From Octopus sinensis (taxonomy: Eukaryota), in NCBI RefSeq assembly GCF_006345805.1, contig NC_043009.1:58156001-58220000 (forward strand): DNA of 64,000 nt. The letters are read 5' to 3'. The number at the start of each line of letters is the position of its first letter. Positions within the stretch are counted from its first letter, which is position 1. The notes beneath the pieces were generated by a model that saw only the letters and a list, made by a program, of their open reading frames with translations, made no database searches and had not been told where the DNA came from. Position numbers and translations under genes: made by a program. This document shows, one piece after another, positions 12,589 to 25,243 of this stretch.

Positions 12589-13018
12589 CATCAATTTCAA
12601 GGCACCATGTATTTCTCTTTTAACCTTGGGCCGAACGATAAGGTTTTAATTTGTATTATTTGTTATTTTTCGCATGCAGGGGCAAATCGATGTGGTGTCT
12701 AATATAAACCATAATCCGTTAGTTTGTTTACACGTAGTGTCAGATGAGATTGCCAACCACAATGAACATTTACAATGCATTAATTATATAACGCAAAGAT
12801 CAATAAATTTCACAAGTATTGCTTACGCAATCATCCTTCAAAATATTTCTTCTTATTTTTTCTTCGTTTCTATTTGATTTGTCATATTTTAATTGAGGTT
12901 ATTGGATATTTTTGTAGCAGTCAAATAACATCCTCTCTTTCTCTTTCACTTTCTCACACTTTTCTTCTTCTTCTCCTACTTCTTTTTCTTCGTCTTAACA
13001 TCATCATCATCACTACCT

Positions 13019-13063
13019 TAATAATAATAATGATGTCAATAATAATAACAATAATAATAATAA

Positions 13064-13094
<31 letters not shown>

Positions 13095-13383
13095 AATTAA
13101 TAATATTAATAATATAATAATAATAGTAATAATAATATTATAATAATAATAATAATACTAATAATAATAGTAATAATAATATTAATAATAATTAATAATA
13201 ATATAATAATAGTAATAATATAATTATGATGATGATGATAATAACAATAATGATAATAATGATAATAATAATAATAATAATATATGATTATGATAATAAT
13301 AATAATAATAATAATAATATATAATAATTAATAATACTAATAATAATGATGATGATAATAATAATGATAATATAATAATAATA

Positions 13384-13421
<38 letters not shown>

Positions 13422-13492
13422 TAATAATATTATTAATAATAATAATAATAGTAATAATAATAATAATTATGATGATGATGATAATAATTATA
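13019..13492. repeat. (TAA)n / (GAA)n / (TGA)n compound microsatellite
   Basis: Direct reading. Confidence 0.95.
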
Positions 13493-14181
13493 ACCATAAT
13501 TTCTCTGGACATGCAACCGTTCAGAGACAACTCGGTAATAATTAATTATATACAAAACTCGCTGTAACAACAATGTCATGACCAGAACTAGTTATGGTGT
13601 CGCACGACGCAGACCTTCTTCGATGATATTATTGACGTGGATATAACATTACGAAGATGGTGCTGCTGTTGCTGTCTTTGCAAAGGTAACGTTGGCGGTG
13701 AAGAGACAGCGGGTGCGTGAAACGGTTGTTTCGATCTCGTCTGCAAATAGCCACAGAGCAGCCATAGTGTCTGTCTGTACTAAAAGAGAGCGAATCGATA
13801 CGAATGCAAAGTGGGCGACTAAGCACCTAAAAATAAGTGAAGAGTATATGTTGTTGTCAATTTCCACATTTAATAGGAAAAAGGTTGCATATTTTTATGG
13901 TTATGTGTATATATATATATATTCATATACGTATATATTATATAATCACGTTTCCGTTTAGAATGTATATATATATATATATATATATAAAAGACGCGTC
14001 ATTCAGAGACATATCACTCACATCACCATTTCTGCTTTTCCTGCATTATTTGTGTGGCTTGATGAGCAAACACTAGCCGTTTATTTCGATTGCCATCATT
14101 TCCAAAAGTGTAGTTTCTTTTGTTTCCAATGACGACAAGTATTCCAGCCTACAATTATCGAAAATTTATTTATCGAAAATT

Positions 14182-15720
14182 AAAAAAGACACCACCATCA
14201 CCACAGATATATACTATAAACACACAGACACACATCAATACCTAAATTTTAAGTCGTGCCATCCACCACATACAAAACGTAACATCCCATACTGCCTAGC
14301 CAGAAGAATTTGTACTATTGTAGAAGATGCAAATATCAGGAACAAACGCCTAATAGAACTAAGAGAATTTTTGCTCAAACAAAAATACCCATCTCTACTT
14401 ATAGAAAATGGCATACAGCGGGCTATAAAAATACCTATACAACAACTTAGGACAACCCAAGGAAGAGGAAAACAAGAACAAGTCATACCATTCATAGTGA
14501 CACACACCCCATGTCACCAGAATATCTTCAACATTGCCAAAGCAAACCTACCAATCATTGCCCAAAGTAATGAATTAAAAGACATAATCACGGATCGAGC
14601 TATGGTGCTTAGTAAAAGACAGCCTAAAAACTTGAAAACATTACTAACAAAGGCAAAATTTGACCTCAGCAACAAAGACCAAACATTCACGGTATCTAAA
14701 TGCAATGATAGCCGATGTGGCACATGCCAATTCATACATACCGGTCAATATATAAACACAAAAACCGGGAAAATATTCACAAACGCGAATTGAACTGCAA
14801 AAGCAGAAATTTAATTTACTGCATCAAATGCCCAAATTGTGAAGAAATATATGTAGGTCAGACGGGAACGCACTATTAGAACGCTCACGTGTACACCGGC
14901 AACAGATTAGAGACCCAGAGGTCCGTCAGATACCTTTGAGTAACCACCTAGCAACATGTGGTCGGAAAATATATATAATATTTCCATTCTACAAATTACA
15001 CAGCCCAAGTGAAATCGAGAGGAAAATCAGAGAAAAGAATTTTATTGATAAATTCGAACCCAAGCTAAATAAGCAATAATAATAATAATAATACTTAGAG
15101 GTATTACTTCCACTGCTACGACCATGACCACTAACAACAACAACAATACTAAGGTGATCAAGACGAAGATAGCAGGAAAATTATCTTATTTAGGGTTAAA
15201 AGTTCTATTGCCACCACCATCACCACTAGCAACAATAATTAAGGTGCTGACAATGATGATGATGACAATTGAAATATAAAAATATAAAAATCTCTGACAA
15301 AGGGATTTTACAACATTTCTAAAAATAACCCAACAATTGCTGGCTTCGGCCAGGGTCAAGATACAGGACTCTTGACATGTCCAACAAAGCGTGATGCCTA
15401 ACCACATCAGCTCAACCAACCAATCAGCTTAAGTAATTGAGTGATACTACACACTGATTGGTCAGAATACAGTTTGCAAAACCTAGCACTCTGGAGCCTA
15501 CCCAGCTGTATTTATAGCACAGAATCAATCATCTTGCTACAGTCAAAAATTGTGAAGCATGACTGTCAACACTACTACATGAACCCGAAGATTGCAGATT
15601 CAATGCATGAAAGTACTAGTTCAATCAGAATGAATATTTACATTCTACTATTTCATTTTATTTTATTCAATTATAATATATTATCTTATAATATATCATT
15701 ATAAGATTGTAAATAAAACG
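14182..15720 (+). mobile_element. 5'-truncated Penelope-like element: RT thumb, linker, GIY-YIG endonuclease, 3' pLTR
   Basis: Open frame 14182-14793: KDTTITTDIYYKHTDTHQYLNFKSCHPPHTKRNIPY...KYP...SKRQPKNLKTLL...CNDSRCGTC. After frameshifts: NLIYCIKCPNCEEIYVGQTG...VHRQQIRDP...HLATC...KFEPKLNKQ* (stop 15077-15079). Hammerhead motif downstream. Confidence 0.92.
15580..15623 (+). ncRNA. Minimal type I hammerhead ribozyme motif in PLE 3' region (C3-G8, U4C)
   Basis: TGAAC-CCGAAGA-T-TGCA-gattcaa-TGCA-T-GAAA-GTAC-TA-GTTCA: 5-bp stem I, palindromic stem III, CUA site. Confidence 0.72.
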
Positions 15721-15859
15721 TGAAAATCAGACAAGGTTGGAATTCTTTTTTTTTATATATATATATATATATCTATATGTATTATATATATATATATATA
15801 TATAATCATTTACTTGCTCCCATGCCGCGGCACGTACATATGTGTGCGAGTAAGACATG

Positions 15860-15924
<65 letters not shown>

Positions 15925-16515
15925 CATGTATGTATGTACGTAAACATCAATAAACTTGCACACCTATATATGTAAGCATACATGCAAATGCCTGTATATA
16001 TATATATACATATATGTGTGTGGGTGTGTTCGTGTGTGTATATGATATATATATATATATATGTATGTTTATATATATACATACATATATAAACATATAT
16101 ACACATACATATATATACATATATATAAATATATATATATGGTTTAATAGAAATCTGTTATATTTATGTATATGTTGACCATAAGAAATGCGTACGTGTG
16201 TGAAAGCGTCCGTCGTAGGTATAGTGTCACACAATCACAGGTATATAATATATCGCTATATAAATATTTAAATCGGTAAAAAAATACACAAATTATTATA
16301 AAATATATATGTTATTATTCTTCAGACTGCTTCAGGTATGAGACAGCGGCGATGATGTTGTGTGACCTTGCCCGTTTTAGGCAATCAACTCCGAAACACT
16401 TGAAATCTAGTAATTATACTGAAATTACTTTCTACCAACCTGCTATTGTTCCTCGTAGGTGTGAGTCCATCACCGTTTTTGTAGTATTTAGAGGAAAACA
16501 GAAAGCCCTCAATCC

Positions 16516-16824
16516 GCAAAGTCGACCACGGCGGAATTTGAACTGAGAACGTAAAGACAGACGAAATGCCGCTAAACATTTCGCCAGCGCGCTAACATTA
16601 CTTATTTCTCTATTACCCACAGGGGGCTAAACATAGAGGGGGCAAACAAGGACAGACAAAGGGATTAATTCGATTATTTCGACCCCAGTGCGTGACTAGT
16701 ACTTAATTTATCGACCCGGAAAGGATGAAAGGCAGAGTCAACCTCGGTGGAATTTGAACTCAGAACGTAGCGGCAGACGAAATACGGCTACGCATTTCGC
16801 CCGGCGTGCTAACGTTTCTGCCAG
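16516..16824 (-). mobile_element. SINE family A, two adjacent partial copies
   Basis: Two body/head segments in the minus orientation. Confidence 0.85.
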
Positions 16825-17056
16825 TTTTTTTCATTATAAAATAAAATCAACAAGCTAATTTGCACATTAGGAATAGAATCTTTAAGTGGAACATTAAAAA
16901 TATGCAAGACTGTCCTCAAGTTTCCACAAATGTTTTCTACATTTCAACGATGGAGATTTGTATCTTTGCTTGTTGGAGACCAACTCCTTTCTCACTGGAA
17001 GAATTTGAGTAATTAAAACTGAGGCGACGAAACATACACACACATGCATACATAGG

Positions 17057-17115
<59 letters not shown>

Positions 17116-17471
17116 TATGTATGTGTGTGTGTGCGTGCATATATATTATAGGGTGAAAAATCGTAGGGAGATTCCACGTAGTGGAAAATAAAATAAGATT
17201 TGAGGTGAAAAAACACAGAAATCTTGTTTGTTTAGATAAAGATTATTTAATCTATTACAAGCAGAAGTTAACGTGACTATATCATAGATTTCACAAATAA
17301 AAGACGAACCAGAAAAAAAGAAAGCAAAGAATACCTTCCCTTTAGCTAAAAAAAACATTATATTCACTGATTATCCCTCATGAGCTATACCCTCCTGTAT
17401 AACCACAAACCTGTATCATACCCGCTTCTACGTAAGATTAAATAAAAAAAAACTTAAGATTTCATAACACT

Positions 17472-17505
17472 GAGTCATGATTAGAGAAACGAAACCGGTT
17501 GACTC
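17472..17505 (+). ncRNA. Minimal type I hammerhead variant (A3-U8)
   Basis: GAGTC-ATGATTA-G-agaaa-C-GAAA-CCGG-TT-GACTC: perfect 5-bp stem I, palindromic CCGG, GUU site; sits in an AT-rich solo pLTR-like segment. Confidence 0.68.
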
Positions 17506-17766
17506 TGTACATATGCTAATGAATTAAATAATATTTATCTACACAATCAAGATTTCTCTGCTTTTGCATCTTCAATCTTATTGTGTATATAAATTCCAAG
17601 AAAGTTAGAGGTTGTGAATCCAACCAGCTGAGGGATAAAATCTATCCAATATACTGCTGGTAGAATACCCAATTATTAATACACAAATGGTTTTTATTGC
17701 ATTGCAATTACATCAGTAAGTGTATTAAATGGGTGAAGGTAAAGAGTTATTTTACCATTATTTTAT

Positions 17767-18152
17767 AGAGCAATAAGAAAATGGAGGGGGTCAATAGGTG
17801 TTATTCATCAACTTTTAGTCATTATATTATGTCAATTTATTTCTTTACTAAAATGACAATTACAACAATATACATACATGTATAACATATTATGCTTTAC
17901 ATATACAATATATGAAATATATAAAGATACCAGTCATTATTAAAATATAAAACATAGAAAAATAAATTGGGCATTGTTATATATTTTAATTATTACTGGT
18001 ATCTTTATATATTTTATTATATATATATAAAGTGTGTTTATATATGTATATATATTGTTGTAATTGTCATTTTAATAAATAAATAAATTGACATAATATC
18101 TTGTCTAAAAGTTGATGAATACCAACTCTTGATCTCCTTCATTTTCTTATAG

Positions 18153-18156
<4 letters not shown>
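17767..18156. mobile_element. ~390-bp AT-rich foldback element
   Basis: Arms match in reverse complement over more than 150 bp (tattcatcaacttttag...tattatgtcaatttattt...aaaatgacaattacaacaata...atataaagataccagt). Confidence 0.85.
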
Positions 18157-18198
<42 letters not shown>

Positions 18199-18713
18199 CA
18201 CTCACACACACATAGATGTAAGCATACTGGTGTGCACATATTCATACATATCACTAACACTTAACTGCATACTTGACATGAAGCTGGATATGAGCGTGAG
18301 CGGAGGAAGCTTGCTTGCCTGTGTACGTACAATGCACTCTGCAATGAACTTCTGTCATATGACGTTTTGATGCTTATTACGTAATAGGCATTATGTATAA
18401 TGATTATTTCCTCTTGTGTTCTCTCGTAGGTGTACGCGTCAGCAATTGGACATGCGTATTCGCTCACTTCTGCTTTCGTGCATGTCTGTTAATGTGTTAA
18501 TGATTATAGCAGGTGCATAGGGGTGTATGCGGAATATATGCAGCAGTTAATAGGCACTTGAGTATTTGAGTGTATAATTAATTATATTAGCCTATGCAAT
18601 TAGGAATTTTCCATAAAATACCTGCTTCTCTTTGCATATATAGATAAAATGTGTGCATGTAACCATACATACTACATACACACATATATGCACATAGCTG
18701 CACACAAGTATAT

Positions 18714-18753
<40 letters not shown>

Positions 18754-18965
18754 TATATATGCGTGTGTATGTGCATGTATGTATATATTTAAGGATAGAT
18801 ACATATTCGCACATACTCACGCTCCCGACATATGTGACACACACACTCAACATCGCACTCTCATACACAGCTACAATTATATATATATATATACAACAAC
18901 AACCACAACACTCACTAACTCCACAGATACACAGACACATACAGACACACACACACACACACTAA

Positions 18966-19004
<39 letters not shown>

Positions 19005-19008
<4 letters not shown>

Positions 19009-19195
19009 CGCCTTCACCTTCGAAACGTTAGAGTAGATGAAACCATTGGCGACTGAAGAAGGGGCTTTTTCCTTGTGTTATTTGTCCTGTACTCTTTTTT
19101 TTTAAAGGAAAATGTCCAGTTCCTTGGGTTTGTGTCTATGTTTTCGTTTCTCATTGTGTTCGACGTTATTTTTGGTGTCCTGTACTCATATATGC
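19005..19195 (+). repeat. Unclassified dispersed repeat family Y (clear homologues 23425-23600 and 61780-62060; looser relative 31700-31990, minus)
   Basis: Shared (c/t)tga(a/t)g(a/t)aggg...atgttacttgtc...tgttcg segments, each copy flanked by (TA)n. Confidence 0.5.
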
Positions 19196-19246
19196 GTGTA
19201 TATATACATGTAGAGGTAGGTAGGTACATATATGTATATATATATA

Positions 19247-19624
19247 CACTACCGTCAGAAATTAATTAGCACCCTTGATTTGCTCTTCACTCAAGGTATG
19301 TGTTGTCACCTAGTGGCAATATCTCGAACTATTGCTTTGTTGGGAGTTCACTGTTGCGCAGAACGATGACGTAACTTTGTTTGCAGAGCAGTTTGAGAGT
19401 CTACAGCCTTATGATGTTGACATAGCAGTGCAACAACTTGGAGTGCGAATGCAGACAAATCTTCCTTTGTTTAATAGATATAGGTAGCGCCTCGCAAGGA
19501 CCGAAATCACACCATGCTAAGTTTTCTCATCGCGTAAGACGTTTTGAACAGCTCATAAGGTTAATTGATTTAACCTATTTAATGTAGAAATTTGAGAAGT
19601 GCTAATTAATTTCTGACGCAAGTG
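19247..19624. mobile_element. Tc1/mariner-type non-autonomous element (378 bp)
   Basis: 26-bp TIRs cactaccgtcagaaattaattagcac / gtgctaattaatttctgacgcaagtg (24/26 identical); TA on both sides. Confidence 0.88.
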
Positions 19625-19655
19625 TATGCATATATTTTATTTATTAATATATTAT

Positions 19656-19693
<38 letters not shown>

Positions 19694-20347
19694 CCAACAC
19701 GACACACGCAAATGTTCTACGCACAACTTAGGCGCTATACTTATATATATTCCTCCTCATCCCTTCTGGGAAACTTCGAACTTGAATTTGATTATTCTAA
19801 TTTTAATAGATATATGTCGATTAGCGCGTTGAAGTGTTGAGTAAAGCACTGGCACAGTTTGGACTACGTGGCTTCATCCGCAGTCGCTGTATATTTTCAT
19901 TGGATCTACTTCAAAAATTCCGCAGTATTAGTTGAGATAATAATTACTATTATTACTTAAATAACGAGAATATGTATTTAGTATTAATCTTTATTTTGTA
20001 CAGGGGTCGTTTCGGTTCTTCCTGCTACTATCCAATATAGATGGGACTAATTTTATGTGTGAACCAATTTTGGAATCTGGGCCTCATCAGGTACACCTAT
20101 ACATAAAATATCTCGCTAAAGATGCTGAGTTTTGACTGTCATATAGTTATAAGCCCGTTTGGTTAAGGAATGGATCATCGCTACAATTTTCAGTTACTAC
20201 TATCTTTTGTCAATAAGCGTTGCACACAATTGTAAATATGGCAAATAACTGCTGATTTGAAAGAAAAGTTCGTAGGGGAGGTTAATAGATGAACTGGAAG
20301 GGACTGAGTTACACTGGGTATAAGACAAGAATAGAACTAGAAGAAGG

Positions 20348-20398
<51 letters not shown>

Positions 20399-20808
20399 CT
20401 TGTAATATCTAGGGGGATAAATGTTGTTTAGCTAGCTAGCTTAAATCTGGATTCGTATGCATACATACGCACAATTTCGCTCGCGCATGCACTCATGCAG
20501 AGGAGGTTGGCCCACACGCCCATACGGTCAATTCGGTCGTCGTTCGTATAATTCTGGATTAGAAGATAACTTCATGAGTAGTGTGTCGTTACGCTCGCCT
20601 CGAGACTGGGGTAGCATGCAGACACTTTTTCTGGCCGGAAAATTACCCCGAAGAACATCCGGAACGCATTATCCAGGTTTTTATCATTGGAACTTTAAAA
20701 TTTATACTTCAGAACAATTTTTTCCTGTTTAATGACAACTGCTATCGACATATATAGAATTATGATGGGAACGAAGGCAGCGCATGTTCTTGTGAACCTA
20801 ATAATGGG

Positions 20809-21028
20809 CTAAGGCGGTGAGCTGGTAGAAATGTTAGCACACCGGGCCAATGCTTAGCGGCGTTTCGTCTGTCTTTACGTTCTGAGTTCAAATTCCGTCG
20901 AGGCCGACTTTGCCTTCTATCCTTTCAGTGTCGATAAATTAAATACAAGTTGCGTTCTGGGGTTGATCTAATCGAGTGACCCCCTCCACCAAAATTTCAG
21001 GCCATGTGCCTACAGTAGAAAAGGAACG
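20809..21028 (+). mobile_element. SINE family A inserted in the PLE RT, 10-bp TSD
   Basis: taataatggg at 20799-20808 and 21029-21038. Confidence 0.9.
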
Positions 21029-22390
21029 TAATAATGGGATAATTTTGAATTCACTACATACGAAGTGCTATTGTAAAATATGGATATCCATTTTACCATT
21101 ATATAAGAGAAAACAAGAAAAGATATATTGATGACTGTTGTATCATTTGGAATGAAAGCATTGAGAAGCCTTTGGAATTTAAATCAATACTAAAGAATAT
21201 AAATTCTAACATTCAGTTTATAATGGAATATAGCAAACAACAGCTCCCTTTTTTACATATTCTGATTAAAATGTCAAAAAACAAATTGTAACTGAAATTT
21301 ATCATAAACCAACAGACTTGAAGCAATATATTCTGTTTATCTCATACCACTCGAAACGTATCAAAAGTAATATTTCCTTTAATTTAGTGAAAAATATTTG
21401 AACATTAGTGCCAAATGGAAATACACGGGACCTCCTTCTTTAAGACCTCAAAGCATCACTAACTGAGAGACACTGTCCACCCTCACTTATAGATGATGGA
21501 ATTAAACGGACCAAGAAATAGGCATTAAAACACAAAGGGAAACAAAACGAAACACCACGCCTCGTCTCAATATACTACCGCATGTATCAGCTCGCAAACC
21601 TAGGAACAATGAGGTGTACAAAACTATGATGCAAATTCTGACTAGAAATCCAAAAATGAACAACATTCTGAAAGCATATAGATTCTTCAAACGTAAAGAG
21701 CAACCTGAATCGCCGAAAACCTCCTGACAAATGTGAAGATTTACACAACAACCACGAAAATAGTGGTTACAAAATATGGACGTCCAAACTGTGGGAAATG
21801 CTCCAACCTACTGGAAGTCTTATAATTCCAATTCAAACAATTTCACTTGTGCATCCGAGAATTTACTTTATATTATAACTTGTTCAGGTTATGAACATAA
21901 CTATATAGGACAGACACGTATGGCACTTAGACGGAGAACTCCACTACATAAGGAACAGATCAAATTCCCAAATTATAGATAGATACATTAGGGCAAACAT
22001 ACAGAGAGATGTGCAGGGAATCTCCAATCAAATATCAATCATTTCCTTATCTACCAGTGAGAAGAAAGACTTTCTATGCGAGAACTTTTTAATAAAAAAC
22101 ATTTATTTATCGAAAAATACAGAACGGTTAACCAAACTTTGGTGACAATATGTATTTTAATTTATGACCACATATCCATCACTGTACATATTTCATCTCA
22201 CTACTTTAGTTTATAATTTTAGTTTATTTATCCCTCCCCAAAATGAGTAATTACCTTCCCTTTCCCGAGTAATAGCGCGATCACCAATTACCTCCCCTGA
22301 GATTTTTCTACTTTTTGAGTGTTTCACAAACTTTCATACAAGAACATGGCCTAAAATCGTCCAAAGAAAATACGAAATTACAATAACTTC

Positions 22391-22427
22391 AATTTCATGA
22401 TTAGTAAAAGCGAAACCGGTAGACAAC
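22391..22427 (+). ncRNA. Minimal hammerhead variant (A3-U8) with eroded stem I
   Basis: tttc-ATGATTA-G-taaaag-C-GAAA-CCGG-TA-gaca; same core variant as 17472-17505. Confidence 0.55.
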
Positions 22428-22447
22428 CATAATACCCTTTCATTTAA

Positions 22448-22488
<41 letters not shown>

Positions 22489-22496
22489 CTATATAT

Positions 22497-22717
22497 ATAA
22501 GCTAATGAGTACTAACCTACAAGCTATATTAGCATACTAGAGTAGGAGAATACCGGACAAAGAACAAAGAAAATATCAATATTCAACGGTCGGAAATTAG
22601 CGGAGAGATTGAAACACAAATTGTATACGAGACATTTACAAACACAATCTACCACAGGCAAATGACAGCCGATCCTATTGAACAGCTGCCTTGCCTTTCT
22701 TTTGTGCATTTTTCTTC

Positions 22718-22753
<36 letters not shown>

Positions 22754-23024
22754 TTATATAGAGAGTGAGGAGAGATATAAAGAGAGAGATAGATAGAGAG
22801 AGAGTGATGCATGAGAGAGAAAGAGAGGCAAGAGAGCAGTTCAATAAAATTGGTTGTATTTTGCCTGTAGGGGGCTGTGTTTGTAAATGTTTCGTATATA
22901 ATTTATGTTTCAATGCCTATGTTACTTCCCGCACATTCAATATTAATGTACTTTTGTTCCTTGTCTGTTATTCTACTACTCTAGCAAACTTATATAGCTT
23001 GTACATTAAAAATCATTAGCTTAT
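22497..23024. mobile_element. Foldback element: ~200-bp diverged inverted arms around a (TA)n/(GA)n spacer
   Basis: 22497-22696 versus the reverse complement of 22826-23024; the ORF track shows paired peptides IGCHLPVVDCVCKCLVYNLCFN / IGCILPVGGCVCKCFVYNLCFN. Confidence 0.87.
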
Positions 23025-23062
23025 ATATGTATGTATATATATGTACATACATATATATATAC

Positions 23063-23094
<32 letters not shown>

Positions 23095-23105
23095 GTGTGT
23101 GTGTA

Positions 23106-23136
<31 letters not shown>

Positions 23137-23241
23137 ATACATGTATGTAGTACATATAATACATACATATATAAGCTAATATATAATATATACATATAAA
23201 TATATAATATATATCACGACACATATAAATATAATATAATA

Positions 23242-23298
<57 letters not shown>

Positions 23299-24130
23299 GT
23301 TATATATATATATTATATAATATATGCATATTATATATGTAGTATAATATAGATATACATATATGTGTGTGTATATATATATATATCATATATGTGTGGA
23401 CATATATATGTATGTATATTTATATATTGGCTGAAACAGCGGACAACTGATGTAGGGTCGTTCTGTATGTTACTTGTCTTGCTTTCCATTTGTTTCTCTC
23501 GTTGTTCGCAAAAAATAGTTTGTCTTCGTATTTCGAGTTGCTTTTCTTATTTCATGTTGTTTACGTTTTGTCACGTTCTGTATGTTTGTGGTTTGACGTA
23601 CATGGCGTCTCTTTCTAGCATATACGCATGCTAGCGCCTGTGCACTTCGTTATAATTGTATTTTATACAATTATATTTCTCTCTATATGAAATTTACCTT
23701 AAAGCTTATTTATATTTACTGGCCCCTGATAAAAGCTCTTAAATTTAATGATTTAAAAAGTAAAAGAATGACCTTACTCGTGGTGCTAATCAGTTTAAAT
23801 TATTATTTTCTAATTTTTTAGTAATCTAAATTTTACACTTTAGTCGTAGACTCCAGTCCTATCACTCGCACAATTTCCCTGGTTTAACCCTTCCCTCCTT
23901 CAGACGAGCCCAGAAACTGCGTGGCATCCTGGTCTTCAGATTGTTCCCAGCCACATCACCGACTCCTTTATCTGCACTTTGAGTAAAGTCATTTACTGCA
24001 TCTCCTGCTTTTTCTCTCCCTCTGTACATCATTCAAACGGGATGCCGACTGACTGGTTCGCGGAACACCTCCGAGACATTGGACTCGACATTAACACCCC
24101 GGTCTAGATAAAAAAAAACCAAGGCTCTCT

Positions 24131-24538
24131 CTTTACTCTTTTACTCTTTTACTTGTTTCAGTCATTTGACTGCGGCCATGCTGGAGCACCGCCTTTTAGT
24201 CGAGCAAATCGACCCCGGGACTTATTCTTTGTAAGCCCAGTACTTATTCTATCGGTCTCTTTTGCCGAACCGCTAAGTGACGGGGACGTAAACACACCAG
24301 AATCGGTTGTCAAGCAATGCTAGGGTGACAAACACAGACACACAAACACATACATATATATATATGCATATATACGACAGGCTTCTTTCAGTTTCCGTCT
24401 ACCAAATCCACTCACAAGGCATTGGTCGGCCCGGGGCTATAGCAGAAGACACTTGCCCAAGATGCCACGCAGTGGGACTGAACCCAGAACCATGTGGTTG
24501 GTTAGCAAGCTACTTACCACACAGCCACTCCTGCGCCT
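24131..24538 (-). mobile_element. SINE family B, full length (tRNA head, CORE-like ttgggcaagtgtctt motif, internal TA/TG microsatellite)
   Basis: Head aggcgcaggagtggctgtgtggtaag...ggttcagtccc; tail gactgaaacaagtaaaagagtaaaagag. Confidence 0.92.
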
Positions 24539-25243
24539 ATGCTGTATAGATTTTATTTTTATTTTCTTATATTATTAAGAACTGACCAGCAAACCATCTA
24601 AATTCCTAAATTCTTAATTAATTACTACTAACCCTCTCTTTGCCCCATCACTTCGACTCTATCACTATGCATTTGTCACTCCATTACCTGTTATCACCCC
24701 CACCATTCCTTCTATCTTTTTGCTCTCTAATACCTTTCTCTCTCTATCACTCCTACTTTCAAATTACCTCCACTGACCACTAACTGGTACACTTACCCTT
24801 ATCTACATCTTTGTGTTTCCATTTTCTTATTTCTTTCTTTCGTTTATTCCTCTCTTCCTGTTTTATATATTTTATTATTATATTTTTTGTTATTTTTTCT
24901 TACTTTCTTCTCTCATTTTTCACTTCTTTTTCTCTTTCTTTATTCTTCTCTTCCTGTTTTCAATTTGACCGTATTAATACACTCCCTATCTTTAGGTCAC
25001 TTTAAGTAAAACCCTTGATTCAATAACAGTGTATAAACTCTATACTGGGAATGACCAATTTTAAATACTATTGGGTATTACTCATAAGGTATTGGAATAT
25101 TATATGGATAACATTCTGCCTAAAAAAAATGGATCTTCAGATACAATATCCCTACACATTTGACGTCTATTTTCTTTCCTCCACCTCACTCTCTACTTTG
25201 TATCTTATCTAAATCAACTATTATTAAACCATCCTCTCACACC

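Larger units (their letters stand above)
20625..22445 (+). mobile_element. Degenerate Penelope-like element: RT core, GIY-YIG, 3' pLTR with hammerhead
   Basis: ILQNNFFLFND...MGTKAA..LVNLIMG, RYIDDCCIIW (YIDD 21124-21135), QLPFL, EIYHKPTD, NFTCASENLLYIITCSG..YIGQT; interrupted by SINE-A. Confidence 0.9.

Noticed and set aside
23720-23760. cctgataaaagctc as a hammerhead 5' half
   Set aside because: No downstream GAAA or stem partner.
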